From: Octopus sinensis
Taxonomy: Eukaryota
Direction: 5' to 3'
Assembly (NCBI RefSeq): GCF_006345805.1
Contig: NC_042999.1
Span: 147,188,001 to 147,252,000 of the forward strand
Length of the DNA stretch: 64,000 nt
Shown piece by piece: positions 11,169 to 25,850 of this stretch. Positions within the stretch are counted from its first letter, which is position 1. The number at the start of each line of letters is the position of its first letter. The notes under the pieces are model-generated. The model searched no databases. It was not told where the DNA came from and saw only the letters and a program-made list of their open reading frames with translations. Position numbers and translations under genes: made by a program.

Positions 11169-13973
11169 ATAATGTGATTAAGCTCTAGAACATTCATGTA
11201 CTGTTGACAATGTAATCTCAGTCAAACCTCGTCATGCAAGTCAAAAGTAATTTTTATATACCTTCACTATGAAGTACATCTCAGTACTTTTCACCAGAAA
11301 TAAAATGGGCCGTCGATAGCAGTAACAAAATAGGTGTAAAGTAATGAAAAAAAAGTTCCAATAAGAGCTAGGGCTGTCTACACACACTGCTTCCACCCTC
11401 CTACCGTTTGCAGATGTACTAAACGTGTTATGAATAATGTAATATCTCCTGGCAGAAAGATAAAATACATCACATATTATCTTCACGTATACTGCTTACA
11501 GACATCTCGCACGTTAAACAATCCTATCCAAACACCATGAAGTACTTCACAAACGTAAATTTAATATCGAAGTAACACAAAAAACAACATGAAGCAAACC
11601 ATACAGAATAGCCAATAGATATATCCAACCTGAATATTAGGAGGGCCCACTTGCACATAGAATGTAAAAACTCATATAGAACTATAGAAAAGCAACTAAA
11701 ATTTCACAAATGCGCACGTATTTGTTTACTGTTCCGGATTTAGCACATGTTCTATCGTTTCATACATTTTGAAGATATAAAATATCTACGCCAAACATTC
11801 TTAACGTCACGCGCATAAATTAATCAAGATAGAGAAATTCCTTGAAATATTTGAGGTCCAGAAGCAATAGAGTTCCTTCTTATAATTCGATCTGGTTCGT
11901 ACATCATGGTCATTTAATTATAGTATGTCTGATGTTAATGTTTGTAATAATTTCTAATCTTCAATTTCAAGACAATTTCGACAATCATTTTATGCTATGC
12001 AAGTACGGCTTTATTGATCAATATTTTATCTTTACAATCAAGGTAATCTTCAAGAGATCCCTACTATTCTTCTGGTGTGGGTTATCCTTTCTCACTAGAA
12101 CACTTATTTCTTGTAACGTTGTAGTTGATATGACTGCTTATAATATATGCATCCTTGTTAGCGAGTTCGTATTTGTGATTGTAATTGGTATTTAAATTTC
12201 AGCAACGGTTACTTGCATTTCTGCCAGTATGTTTGTAAGTAGTTAGATATTTTAGTCAGTAGTTTAAGTTATCTCTCCTTTGTGCATTGCGTTTTCCATT
12301 TGGTGCAGCAGTCCAGCAATCATTTATGCTGTTAATGCTTCATTTCAATCTTCATATATTGCACTTCATTCTGGAATTTATGTTGGTATTCATTCCATCG
12401 TTTCCCAGACAGCTAAAAATTTCTAACGCTCTTACTGTAGAAGATGCACTGTATCTAATTTAAAATCGATTTCAGTTAAATCAAACTAATATTTACCTCA
12501 AAAAACTTCTTTGTGATCTTACTTTATGTAATCTTTGTTTTCGGGTATATTTATTTTCTATTATATTTCTCTTACTATGGCATGTCTTTTCCCAGTTAAT
12601 TTAATTAAAGTTTGAAATGGATTTTGTTTTCTATATTTCTCATACTTGTTTGCCAAATCGCCAGCTTAGCTTTGCTGTATGAGTAATTTTTATGAAGGAC
12701 AACATTTCAATTTTAACGAATTAATCATCGCAGGGTTTAAAATATTAGAGAAAATTCTGTGAGAAGGGGAATTTGTAAATTATGAACGTGAAAAACCGTA
12801 AAGAGAAGAAAATTGATTGTAACCATTTATGAAGTTAGAATATAATTACTTACGAACGTGTAGCTAATTGCTGGTACGGTTCATATAACAATATTATTGG
12901 AATTGAGAAACATGGCAATCATATAAATCAGAATATTATAGTCACTTAATAGTTGTAGAACGTACATCAAATTATACGTTATTAAACCAAAAATTATTTG
13001 TAATAACTTTAAACATCAAATAAACTAAAATAATACAATAGTGAAAATATTGGATAAGTTTCCACATGTAAAAGTATGCTACAATATTATTGCAAACGAG
13101 AATGGGTTATGAAGTGGGATGTAAAGAGTTACAGCTATTACTTTCAGGAAATTGCGAATTAAATAAATGTATATGTTGGTTATATATGCGATGATGGAAA
13201 ATAAAATTAAGGAACATTATAGAAAGGATACTTGAGATTTTATTAGAATTTAAATCAAAGCTAAATTTTAAAATTAAGTCTGGTTCCATTAACACGGCGG
13301 CTACAGCACTTCAGTGGTATAGATGAAAACAAGCGAAGTGCAATAACGGAGATGTGTCAACCAAATGCTGTAACTATAAAATTCAAATGTGCGGCAGTAT
13401 ATATTAACATACATCTCACACACACGCACACACACACACAGATATCTACATCCTTGAAGTAGCGATGAGTAGGAATTAGTTATAAATAATACGAAGTTGT
13501 AGTTTTATGCAGAATAATGCTGCACTTGCTGGGAGAGATAAAAGAATAATCTGAAACTGTTTGCAAATAACCATGCATGTATGACGTGTGTAGGCAGACG
13601 TGTGTAGGCCGTCCATAAATGAAATGTTGAGGCAGTGTCTTAGGGATGTAGCTGAATAAGTACGTCTGGAGTAAACAGAGAAACGTTGCTCCCATGTCTG
13701 GAACAGTGGTTCCAGAATACACACATACATCTTATTCCAAACTGAGAGAAACTCCACTTGATTGATTTGGATAAATCACTAGGGGATACGCTCCAGTCCC
13801 GACACAACAGCGTTGTTGGTCGTTCCCTATTTCTCCTACCGTTACTATAGGTCTCTGTTCCTCAGGTGTGGTCCATCCTGAACATCCTCCGCACCTGTCT
13901 CACATTACCTATTACGCTCACTCAGAACGTCTACACTCTAGCGTCTCCTATTTGACCATATATTCCCCACAGC

Positions 13974-14372
13974 AAGGCGGTGGACTGACAGAAACGTTAG
14001 AACGCCGGGCGAAATGTTTACCGGTATTTCGTCTGCTGCTACGTTCTGAGTTCAAATTCCGCCGAGGTCGACTTTGCCTTTCATCCTTTCGGGGTCGATT
14101 AAATAAGTACCAGTTACGCACTGGGGTCGATATGATCGACTTAATCCGTTTGTCTGTCCTTGTTTGTCCTCTCTGTGTTTAAAACACTTGTGGGTAGTAA
14201 AGAAATAGGTACTTCGTTTGTCTTTAGGTTGTGAGTTCAAATTCCGCCTAGGTCGACTTTGCGTTTCATAATTTCGGGGTCGATAAATTAAGTACCCGTT
14301 GCGTACTGGAGTCGATCTAATCGAGTGGCCCCATCCCCAAGCATTTCGGGCCTTGTGCCTCGAGTAGAAAAG
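13974..14372 (+). mobile_element. tRNA-derived SINE family A (dimeric copy)
   Basis: Head ggcggtggactgacagaaacgttag...gagttcaaattcc and central gccgaggtcgactttgcctttcatcctttcggggtcg; recurs many times in the window. Confidence 0.85.
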
Positions 14373-16073
14373 CAAATATTCCCCGCAGCTGTTGAAGTAC
14401 AACAGTTTAAACGGAATATTGAGTGAAATAGTCTCAGGGAAATTGAAGAATCTCAACATCCATTAAAACTGCTTCTTACTCTAGGTTCAGTCAGCAAAGA
14501 GAAAAGTTAATGGATTGCAATAACCATGTTTGCAGCACAGGGGGAACAGGCTCTGATCGTAAGTTCTGCAAAATTTCGTATTGCAACATGGTTTTTCAAG
14601 CAATGAGCCTATCTTGATTCATAAAAAAACTCTATCCTTTCATGTCTCTCTGAGAGATTGTTCACTTTCTAGACAATAGAATGGTCATGAACACTGTCTT
14701 TGTACCATGACAAATTCAGATATGTTTATGTAAGCCATTCAGTTATTTCAAGATTTCTTGCCAATAGAGAAAGAACCGGTTTCTAATCTAGATCCAAAGC
14801 TCCTTCATTGGAATTTCAACAACAACAGGGTATTTTTGTAGGTATGTATTTATGTATGTATGTATGTTTGTATGTATGTATGTATGTATATGCATGTATG
14901 TATGTGCAGATTTCTATGTTTTAGGCATGTATTCTCATGCATATAGTTACATATCTAAACATGCTCATATATATTTATATGATACAGTTCTGGAAAGTTT
15001 TCCAGATTTTTACAGTACCAGTGATGGATTGGATCTGCAGTCCTCAAATTAGCTTTCTGCTTTGATAATTCCTGTTCCTGGATTGCAAACGCATTCCCTT
15101 CAAAGTGGGATGTAATAATTCGGCTATTCGTCCATGATGAACTGCTTTGATGATCGATGTTACTATCATCACGGAGCTTTCTACTAACATATACAAGCAT
15201 AGTCTTCTGCTCATATAGGCTCATCATTTCATCACGTAATACGTTGTGGTAGAGTCGTGTGACTTCTTTGGGGATGTATTCTAGGTTATCAAAGGGTGTT
15301 GTCAAGGAGCTGCCTTCCAAGTTGTATGATGCATGCTTGTATGTATGTATTCATGTAAGCATGTATGTATATATCTATGCATGTATGTTATTTATGTATT
15401 TGTATATACTCTCTTCATTCTGTTTATTAAAATTCTTTATAGAAGGTGGGTATTTGCAACAGAAAAGAAAAATAATTCAAGTTTCCATCGCTGAAATTTT
15501 CTCCATAACAATAAGTGTTACATTCAGAACTTTAGAAAACTCCTGCGCATTTTTACTGCTCCGTTTAGAGATTACATTTGTAAAAGTGTATGGTATCTGA
15601 TCTCTTTCATTGCCTGAAAATATTTGCTTTTCCAGTTTGCCACTTAAACGTTTCTCAACATAGATAAGTATCGAATAGTTATTAGCATAATGTGAGTTTG
15701 TTTACAGTTTAGATGAGTTGCAAGTTTCGAAGCAGCTGTCTGAATATATTCTACTTATATGAGACAAATGTTTAAATATGCAGGACAGATAACCTCAAAG
15801 AATATACAGGATTCTTTTGAGTCAAATAATAATATCAAACAGTCTGAAGATGTTTAACATGTCGAAACTTCGAAGTCACTGTAACACTCTTTTCTTGTGA
15901 AAAAAAAAAGTTTAATAAACATGAATTCTACTAAAAAGTATTGAATAAACCTTCATTCACTTCAACATTTAAAACTAATTTGTGTCAAAATATTTTCGTC
16001 ACTTTGAAACCGCGACCTGTTCACTGACAAACCATGAAGTGAATCTAACTTGCTATGCAGGTATATCTCTGTA

Positions 16074-16120
<47 letters not shown>

Positions 16121-16744
16121 GTGTGTGTGTGTGTGTGTGCGTGTGTGTGTGTGTGTGTGTGTAGATAGATTATAGACCTCATAGCTATTGTATTCTCCCC
16201 GCCTCTTTCCCATAATGCTACAAGCGTATTCCAAAGTCTATTTTCCATCCTGAACCGTCTGCCCGTTAAGTTTCTTTCTTATCTGTCAGCAGTCCAAAGT
16301 TTTCGACGACCTTCCACTCACTTTTAAAATTCTTCTCATCTCCAAGACTAGATGTTAACTTGATATAAGACCACACTAAAAAAAAAGAGACGTTTCTTCT
16401 AGAATAATCTGACACTGAACGTAAATTTATTTGTCGAAGTTCCACCAATTCAAGGTTCTATACAGTTGGCGTCAAGTATACTTCACCTGTGATTTATCCA
16501 AGATCTCTAAGTAGTTGGCTAAAATAATAATCAATATTAAGTATTTAGCAAAAGCAATAAATTTAGCTAATATTGGTCTCTTAGGTAAGTCCATTCACTT
16601 TATCCACCCCAACCAAAATACAGATTTCCAAACGTTCAAACTGAAAATTTTCTCCTCCATTTTTAGAACCATGGCACCAAAAACCGCAACATCAAAAGAA
16701 AATGACAGATAGATTAATTCATTTTCAGGCTAAATTCTTTTCTG

Positions 16745-16932
16745 CTCAAGGCACAACATTTTTAGGGAGGAGGCCAGACGATTAGATCGATCCCAGTACG
16801 CAGCTGGTACTTAATTTATCGCCCCCGAAATATGAAAGGAAAAGTCGACCTCTGCGGAATTTGAACTCAGAACGTAAAGACAGACGAAATACTACTAAGC
16901 ATTACTCCCGGTGTGCTAACATTTCTGCCAGC
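16745..16932 (-). mobile_element. SINE family A copy
   Basis: Reverse complement of the family A head and central domain. Confidence 0.8.
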
Positions 16933-18344
16933 TCTTTTGTTATGATGGGTTGATTCGAAATTTTAGCTCAACAGTGAAGTCGAATATCCTATCCGGTTGG
17001 AATTTTATTCTCTATAATCATAAGCACGGGTTGAATAGAAAACTTCACTGAAGATTTACGCATGGCTGCCTCGCTCTTTTCGACTGGACCAAATATTGTT
17101 TTCAAGTAGCAGTACGACAGAAAATAAAAGTTAAGCATTTCAGAAATATGATAAACAGTGGCCGGTTAAATTATGCAACAAAGCTGCTGTTGCCTGCAAA
17201 TTTTCCACGCTGAGTTACAGGTTTTGAGTTGGCAGCACTGACAGGTTCTTCTGTTGCTGGTGTTACTGTTACTACTTGATGGTACGCGATTGGGTACCAA
17301 TAGAATTAATCGATCATATTACCCTTTTGAACCCAGTGGCTACATTAATTATTCTAATTCTAACGTTGCCAAACATTCTGGACTTAAAACAAACAAGTTC
17401 TTTAAATTATTTAAAAGTCATTGCCAACATTTTCAAGATGAATATTCTTTATTTCAAATTTGAATTTCTTATGAATAGATAAGGTAATTTCTTATGAATA
17501 GATTAGGTGATCTGGATTAACAATCCTTTTGAATTTTTGTCCAGAATATGTTTGCCTTGCATTGGTTCCTCAACTATTGTCGATAAGTTTGGAGCGGCAT
17601 CACCGTGAGAAAGAGTGCGTTTTGGAATATTTTAGATTGTTCTCAGGGTCTGCAAACAGTCGATTTCTTTCAGAAAGAGAGAGAGAGAGAGATGGGTGAG
17701 ATAGTATGTTAAAGATTGACCATAATCTATCCGATTTTCTAACTACGCAGCCAATCTATTGCCTAGTTTTATCTCCAATGACAGATTATATCCTTTATTG
17801 TTGCTTCTTGTTTTTAACCAAATTTTTGACCGATTATAATGTGGTTCCTGTTTATAGATTGATAAGGAGTTCTTGTGAGAGTGCCGTGATATTTGCAGTA
17901 ATTATCATTTTTCATTTCCATAACGGAGTGAAGGAATCTATTCCATTCCGTATAGAGAGACGTAATCGTCTTTGGGTACATACGATTTTCTCAAATAATG
18001 AAGAAATGTATCTAGATGAACTTTATAGGGAGTCTATTTTTTTTAATGAATATAAGGCAAACCTTTCTCAGAATGTTATTCTATAATATTTTATTATCTA
18101 TGGGAGTATTTGTCTCTAGAGGGATTGAATGGTCCATAAAATTTTATCGAAGTAATTTTCAGTTATCTTTTTGGGGGTATCAAACATGAGCGAACTATCC
18201 ACCACTCGGCATCAAAGAGTTCTCACGAATATGAAAGTTCACTGTCATTTATTTCTCGTTGAACCTATTTTCAATTAGCGACAAGAGCACTATCCATTCC
18301 TTGCATTTACCTGACACATTTCGCCTAAATCCTATACATAATCC

Positions 18345-18700
18345 TTTGTACTATTGACACAAAACCTGAAAATTTTTAAAAGGGAGGACCAATTAATTAC
18401 ATTGGTCCGAGAGCTCAACTGATTCTTTTTCATATAGACTGAAAGGATGAGTTCAAATTCCCTCGACCTCGACGAAATTTGAATTCAGAACGTAAAGGCA
18501 GACGAAATACCTATTTCTTTACTACCCACAAGGGGCTAAACACAGAGAGGACAAACAAGGACAGACAAACGGATTAAGTCGATTATATCGACCCCAGTGC
18601 GTAATTGGTACTTATTTAATCGACCCCGAAAGGATGAAAGGCAAAATCGACATCGGCGGAATTTGAACTCAGAACGTAAAGGCGGACGAAATATCACCAA
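18345..18700 (-). mobile_element. SINE family A (dimeric copy)
   Basis: ccccgaaaggatgaaaggcaaa...aatttgaactcagaacgtaa motifs. Confidence 0.8.
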
Positions 18701-19339
18701 CCATTTTGCTAGATTTTTTTTTAACCAGAAATTCAATCTATATCGTAATAGAGCTACTTCATATTTTTGTGAAGTTGATTTCATTGCCGCAAGTTGTAAT
18801 TTACATGTTGTACATGGCAATATTTTATTTCCTAATTCATTTTCTGCTAATATATGTTTTGATGCATTTTAAAATATAATCACGTCACTTATATTGAAGC
18901 ATACTTGAAAGATATAAGTTTAAGAATTCTTGAAATAGCAAGAAGTATACGTAAAAGCAGTAGTATACGTAGAAAGAAAAGATAATTTGAAGAAAGAAAA
19001 CTAGAAAATTAATCCGCTTGCCTCTAGCAAAGGAAGCTACAAAATTTTATCAAATACTTTGCTTCATGATAAGAAAATATATTTAATAAAGAAATTTCTG
19101 TTTTAAAATCCAAAGACTCCACGGTAATTTGCGACTATGTAAATAAGAAACTAATGTATAAAACATTTATCCTTTAACCACCTGTTTGTTCGGATATTAA
19201 AAGAATCTAAAACAAACACTTAGAACTACATTTATTCGTAACATACTCTGCATGCTTAGATTATATATTTCAACAATGGTTCTGCTATGATGTTCCTCGT
19301 ATCAAAACATTGTCTAATTTATTATTATTTCTTTATATT

Positions 19340-20170
19340 AAGGCGGCGAGCTGGCAGAAACGTTAGCACGCCGGGCGAAATGCTTAGCAGTATTTCGTCT
19401 GTCGCTACGTTCTAAGTTCAAATTCCGCCGAGGTCGACTTTGCCTTTCATCATTTCGGGGTCGACTAAATAAGTATCAGTTACATACTGGGGTTGATATA
19501 ATCGACTTAATCCGTTTGTCTGTCCTTGTTTGTCCCTTCTGTACTTAGCCCCTTGTGGGTAGTAAAGAAATATGTATTTCATCCTTTAGAAGATGGTGAG
19601 CTGGCAGAAGCGTTAGCACGCCGGGCGGGCGAAATGCTGAGCGGTATTTCGTCTGCCGTTACGTTCTGAGTTCAAATTCCGCCGAGGTCGACTTTGCCTT
19701 TCATCCTTTCGGGGTCGATTAAATAAGTATCAGTTAATCGACTTAATCCGTTTGTCTGTCCTTGCTTGTCCTCTCTGTGTTTAACCCCGTGTGGGTAGTA
19801 AAGAAATAGATATTTCATCTGTTTGAACGTTCGGAGTTTGAATTCCGTCGACCTTGTCTTTCGGGATCAATAAAATATATACTACCACACTACCGCATAA
19901 AAAAAGGAAGTTAGGCCTCGTTTCTCTATAATAGAGGGGATTATTATTTCCTTATATGAGGCATGAGTTGTTAGAATCGTTAGCATGCCGGACAAATCGC
20001 TTGGCGTCATTTCGTCCGTCTTTACGTTCTGAATTGAAATTCAACTGCGGTTGGCTTTGCTTTACATCTTCCCAGTGTCGCTGAAATAAGTACCAGTCAA
20101 GTACTGATGTCGATGTGATTGACAAGCCTCTCTCCCAAAATTTCAATCTTCGCGTCTATAGTAGAAAAGA
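19340..20170 (+). mobile_element. Cluster of 3-4 SINE family A copies
   Basis: Heads ggcggcgagctggcagaa at ~19341 and ~19593, plus decayed copies at ~19815 and ~19960. Confidence 0.85.
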
Positions 20171-20669
20171 TTAATTGCTTGTTTTTTTTATTTTTGCAAT
20201 GCTCAAAATTGACTCCGTTTTTGTTATTGTAATTGGAGTTTTTGTTTTTGAATTTCTTCTGAAAAAAAACAGGCGTGAAAGAACTACTACGAAAGGCTAC
20301 TAAATATGGAGAATGAATGGGGGGAAAAGGAGTTTCGCCATGCAAACCAAACGTAAGGACCAGCTTTGCCTTTCATCCTTTCGGGTTCGATGAAATAATC
20401 ATACCATTCAGTACTTCTCTCCACTCTCAGTTGAGGAGCTTCTCTTTTTCATCTTGCAGGGTACTTGGTAACTATGTCAATAATGATTCCACAGAAAAAG
20501 GACCCAGTATATTCTATAAAGCAGTTGGATTTCAGAAGGGCATCCAGCTTTAGAAACTATGCCAAAGCAGATAATGTAGCCTTGTACGGCTCCTGGCCTT
20601 GACAACTCCTGTCAAACCGTCCAACTATACCATCATTTAACAGACGTTAAATGATGGTGATAATCTTTT

Positions 20670-20882
20670 CGTCTCTAGGCACAAGGCCCGACATTTTTAG
20701 AGGAGGATTCCAGTCGATTAGATCGACTCCAGTACGCAACTGGTGCTTAATTTATCGACCCAGTAAGCATGAAAGGCAAAGTCGACCTCGGCGTAATTTG
20801 AACTCAGAACGTAAAGCAAGACGAAATACTGCTAAGCATTTCGCCCAGCGTGCTAACGTCTCTGCTAGCTCGCCCCCTTCGT
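20670..20882 (-). mobile_element. SINE family A copy
   Basis: Reverse complement of the head ends ctgctagctcgccccctt. Confidence 0.8.
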
Positions 20883-21371
20883 TAAATGATGATGATAATG
20901 TCACCGAATTAAAATAGTGAAGTGACAGAATCATTAGAGCAACGGAAAAATGCTGTGATGTATTTGTTCCGACTTTTTACTTTCCGAGCTCAAATTTCAT
21001 CGACTTCATATTTGCCTTTCGTTCTTTCGTAGTCGATAAAAATACAGAATCATCTGTGTACTAAAACTGACGGTATCATCTAGACCTCATCCTCGAAATT
21101 TCTCTCTTGTGCATAAATCAGGAAACATAATAGCAAATAAATGAAAGGAAAGTAGATTGGCAGAAACGGTAAAATGACGAACAGAATCTATTTACGCCTC
21201 ATTACATCCTGAGTTCAAATACCACAATGATTAATGTGTCTTTCGTCATTTTAGAGGCAATAAAGTAAAGTTCAGTCATGCACCAAAATCAATTTTAACG
21301 ACCAACACTCTTACTCAACTCCAGGCCCATTATCCTTTGCTAGAATCAAGTATCAAAATTGTTATTAAATT

Positions 21372-21760
21372 AAGGCGGTGAGCTGGCAGAAACGTTAGCA
21401 CGCCGGGCGAAATGCGTAGCCGTATTTCGTCTGCCGTTACATTCTAAGTTCAAATTCTGCTTTTCATCCTTTCGGGATCGATTAAATAAGTACCAGTTAC
21501 GCACTGGAGTCGATATAATCGACTTAATCCGTTTGTCTGTCCTTGTTTGTCCTCTCTGTGTTTAGCCCCTTGTGGGTAGTAAAGAAATAGGTATTTCGTC
21601 AGTCTTTACATTCTGAGTTCAAATTCCGCCGAGGACGACTTTGCCTGTCATCATTTGGGGTTCGATAAATTAAGTACCAGTTGCGTACTGAGGTCAATCT
21701 AATCGACAGGCCTCCTCCTCCAAAATTTCGGGCCTTGTCCCCAGAGTAGAAACGAATATT
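21372..21760 (+). mobile_element. SINE family A (dimeric copy)
   Basis: ggcggtgagctggcagaaacgttagcacgccgggcg head followed by a second central domain. Confidence 0.85.
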
Positions 21761-21975
21761 TTTATAAAATTGTTTATAATTTATTTTCTTCTTTTATATT
21801 TCTTTTGAAATTTTTGAGTAGGAAATCGTTTTAGTTGCACAATGACAGAACACTTAAGGCGCAACGGAATGGAATAAACGTTACAGTGTTTGGGTAAAAT
21901 AACTTTCTAACATTCTTCGGGAACATAACGTTCTGAACTGAAATCCGCCAAGATACACATGCTAGTTTATTGTGC

Positions 21976-22010
<35 letters not shown>

Positions 22011-22729
22011 AGTGCGTGTGCGCGCTCGTGTATGTGCGTGTGTGGATAAGAGCTGGAAGACGTTGTTTCTTTTCTTCTCACCATAGGAGGAGTTGATATC
22101 ATCAGATGGTATCCAACGATCATCAGGTGTTTCGACTCTGAAACGTAACACCCTCCTGTTGGTGGCTGAGCTGTGGTGGCCAAATCACTGCACCTCATCT
22201 CCTCCTATCTTCCAGTTTAACTCTCTTACCCCGCTTCATAACCAGGTTTTTTTTTAGTTTCCAGCTACCGAATTTACACACTTTAGTCGGCTTCCGGCAG
22301 TAACAGAAGAAACGTAATGCAGATCCCATGCAGTGGGATTGAACCCGGAACCACGGAGTTGGGTAAGAAACTTTTTATTACACAACCTCACCTGTACCTA
22401 TTCACATTCTGATTCCAAACTCACGAGGGACAACTTTGCTGTTCTCCGCCCTGGAGATGATAAATTAATGAATTTCCAGACATGTGCGTAATTAGAGATC
22501 AATATTACAAATGGATGAAAGACGATTAGTTGGCCGAATCGTAAGAGAAGATCGTCGATAAAAGAGCGTAGAGTATTCATTTCCGTTATTTATGTCCTGA
22601 GTTTTGATCCTACCCAGATCAATTTGCCTTTGATCCTTACAGAGAAAAGAACTCGTGTCGAGGGCATCAACCGCTCCGTCCCCTTAAAAGCGTTTGCCTT
22701 AATCCTATATCATAAGCTATCATGACAAA

Positions 22730-22890
22730 CCTATTTCGTTATTACCCACAAGGGGCTAAACACAGAGGGGACAAACAATGACAGACATAGGTATTAAGTC
22801 GATTACATCGACCCCAGTGCGTAACTGGTACTTAATTTATCGACCCCGAAAGGATGAAAGGCAAAGTCGACCTCGGCGGAATTTGAACTC
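22730..22890 (-). mobile_element. SINE family A, 5'-truncated
   Basis: Matches the reverse complement of the family A body. Confidence 0.8.
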
Positions 22891-23226
22891 ATACAAGCAT
22901 CGGTGAAGTTACTAGGCTACTAAACTACCGGTAAAGCTGCTAGACCACTGGATTACTAGTGGAATGACCAAGCAGGTAGATTACCGGTAAAGTTGTTAGG
23001 CAACTAACTTTGTGTAAGTCTAAGAAAACTGTTCTATTTTTCTACAATGAAATACGAACTTTGCCAAGCACGTGGCTTCGTGTTCATTGCCACTGCATTT
23101 TAAGCAAGAGCATTCATTTCAGTTTTTGCTGTAAACCTGAGCAGATGAATGCCTTGTATTTGAAGTTGGTAGACGGAATTTGTATCATATCCCGTTATAT
23201 ATGTGTGATTGTGTGTGTGAGTCAAT

Positions 23227-23260
<34 letters not shown>

Positions 23261-23985
23261 CAATGTTTATATATACATGTTTATGTATATGCGTGTGCAT
23301 GCCTATGTATTTGCTCCCACACACAACTGGAAAATGTTTTGTACATGATCTCATAACTTGGTGCTTTGAGATAAAGAACTGATACAGTAAGTTCCAGACT
23401 TTAAAATATAGGTGTTAGCATCGATATTTTTTTAATAAAACATCGAAGCAGTGCGCCATCATGGCCGCTGCCCAACGGCAGGAAGAAGAAAATGGATACA
23501 ACATTTATTATTGAAGCGAGTGTGAAACCTTGCGTATACAGATAATCACAGTAATATGTGTAGGCGGGGTGGTTTTTTAATATCTTTTACCCAATAAATA
23601 ATATATATGAATATTTAACGTGCTTGCTCACCTAGTGGCTAACACATCTTTTACAAGATGTTTAAACAGGCTATAATCAAACCTTTCTTGTAGTGGGAAT
23701 GATGGCAACATCACTGCTATCAGACGTTAACTACTGTAGTTGCTTGGCAACGTTATTAGTATGTTCAGATCTTCTTAGCTGAAACTCGCTCGTTCATCTC
23801 TGTAACTGTCTTAATTTTTCATACTTGAAAGACGTTGAGAAATTATTAGATTTAAAAAAAGAGAGAAGGATTGGGGAGAAAATTGACTAAAATTGAATAT
23901 AAATGAAAATACATTGCAGTAAGGGTTATAATTCATTTCAAATATTGTTCGATATTTAATTAAATAATACCTTTGTGTGGTGTGC

Positions 23986-24016
<31 letters not shown>

Positions 24017-24509
24017 TTGTGTGTGTCTCTTCCTCTAACTCTCTGCCTTTCTCTTTCTTTCTGTTTGTTTCTCTCTCTCTCTCTCACTCTGTATACACAT
24101 GCATATATACATATCTATGTATGTGTGTGTGTGTATATCTACGAGTGTGTGTTTGAAATTATTCAGCGTGCTTTATGCAGTATGCATTGTGGTTTGCATT
24201 CTTAATCGATACATTAACTGATCGATTAATCAACCAATTTACGAAACTGTCACCTCCTCAACCATTCTATTCTGTGTCTATAAATATTTCTTTGACTTTT
24301 GGGAAGAAATACACAATAAAACTAAGCGGAAGTGGGTGGCTGAATGTAGTCATTTCCGATTTCTTCCTATTATTTATTATCGTATGTCGAGTTCATACTC
24401 TTGTGAAGTATTGTAGTTTGCAGACGTTTGTAAAATGATTGGTTTACAGCTTGTTTAATATCTATTTTGTCTGCTGCGAAAGAGGAGAATGTGTGTGAAG
24501 GTATGTGAA

Positions 24510-24905
24510 GGCGAACCAATGGATGGAAGCACTCCGTCGGTTACGACGACGAGGGTTCCGGTTGATCCGAATCAACGGAACAGCCGGCTCGTGAAATTAA
24601 CGTGTAAGTGGCTGAGCACTCCACAGACACGTGCACCCTTAACGTAGTTCTCGGGGATATTCAGCGTGACACAGAGAGTGACAATGCCGGCCTTTTGAAA
24701 TACAGGTACAACAGAAACAGGAAGTAAGAGTGAGAGAAAGTTGTGGTGAAAGAGTACAGCAGGGATCACCACCATCCCCTGCCGGAGCCTCGTGGAGCTT
24801 TAGGTGTTTTCGCTCAATAAACACTCACAACGCCCGGTCTGGGAATCGAAACCGCGAGTCCGCTGGGCGATTGTGCCTCCACGAATGCGAACCAATACTC
24901 AGGAG
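24510..24905 (-). mobile_element. SINE family C (tRNA-like head on minus strand)
   Basis: B-box-like ggtttcgattccc on the minus strand at ~24850; a related decayed copy lies at 56385-56710. Confidence 0.65.
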
Positions 24906-25439
24906 AAGACGGAATGTAACTTTGCCTTCCAAGCTTATTTGACAATTAAGTAAGATATATTAAGTAAAATAGGATAAACTACACTACTTTCTGTGTAATA
25001 ACGTTAAACAAGAGATTGGAGAGTATGGTTGATATTAAAATAGTTAAGAAAGGCATGTTTATAAAATGAAATGGTAGATCAAATGTTGGGAAGAAGAATC
25101 AGTAAAACATGATCCAAGAGTCGAATTAATTTATTCAAACCCAGATTAGTTGGAGAGGGACTTCTTACAATATCAACCCTCTCTGACTGGGCCCCTATGC
25201 CTAAATTTACCGTGCACCAAGTCTCCCGTGGAAATAAATAAATAAATTGTTACATAAACAGGTCAGGAGTAATGACTGCGGACAAACTAATAGACCGAAT
25301 TAACCGCATATTCTTTTTCTATATGTGTTGTTCATTACTGCTTTACTGGGACTACAGCAGGCATGACGTTTCACCTATTCCATTTGTAGTGGGAATATGG
25401 TTAGCTAGTTAGTTTTAGTAGAGAATTTCATGAGTAAGT

Positions 25440-25850
25440 CAGAGGCTGAATGTTCTTGTGGAGAATATCACATGCCCCACGAAAGGCTAATGTGAAACTG
25501 AAACAGTCGTACATGTAGCAATGGTAATGTCAAAAAGCATAAAATGGAGAATCAACCTGACAGAAGTATGTCTAAGTGATAGAAGGTCCATTCAAGAAAA
25601 GATTCAATACCCATAGATCTTTCTTTAATATCCCAGACAGAAGAAATTCTACACTCTAACAAGGCATGTATGGTTGTTAAAGGAAAACACAGCGGGGTGC
25701 AGTTTAAAGGGGGGAAATATTACAGAAGTGTAAAGATAATTTTAATAGCAGCAGAAAATGTAAATTGTGTTTTGCTCAGAAAAGAACCATATTAAAATAC
25801 ACCCAGCACTGATACAACTACCTAATATGCGATGCCAGATTTTTATCCCT
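25440..25850 (+). pseudogene. Degenerate Naiad-type PLE linker + GIY-YIG endonuclease
   Basis: ECSCG.., ETVVHVA.V, RFNTHRSFF, LTRHVWLLKE and ILQKCK..NSSRKCKLCFAQK occur across frames, colinear with the 60625-61062 protein. Confidence 0.7.

Noticed and set aside
11842-12195. 117-aa hydrophobic ORF
   Set aside because: It starts at TTG, has an AT-driven F/I/L bias and no recognisable family; it may be the antisense of a decayed LINE segment.
13645-13695. UCUG/CAGA-GAAAC-GUU-GCU half-hammerhead
   Set aside because: The 5' core is too degenerate (CTGAATA) to call.
22095-22155. Two minus-strand CUGAUGA motifs near GAAAC
   Set aside because: The order and stems do not fit HHR type I, II or III.
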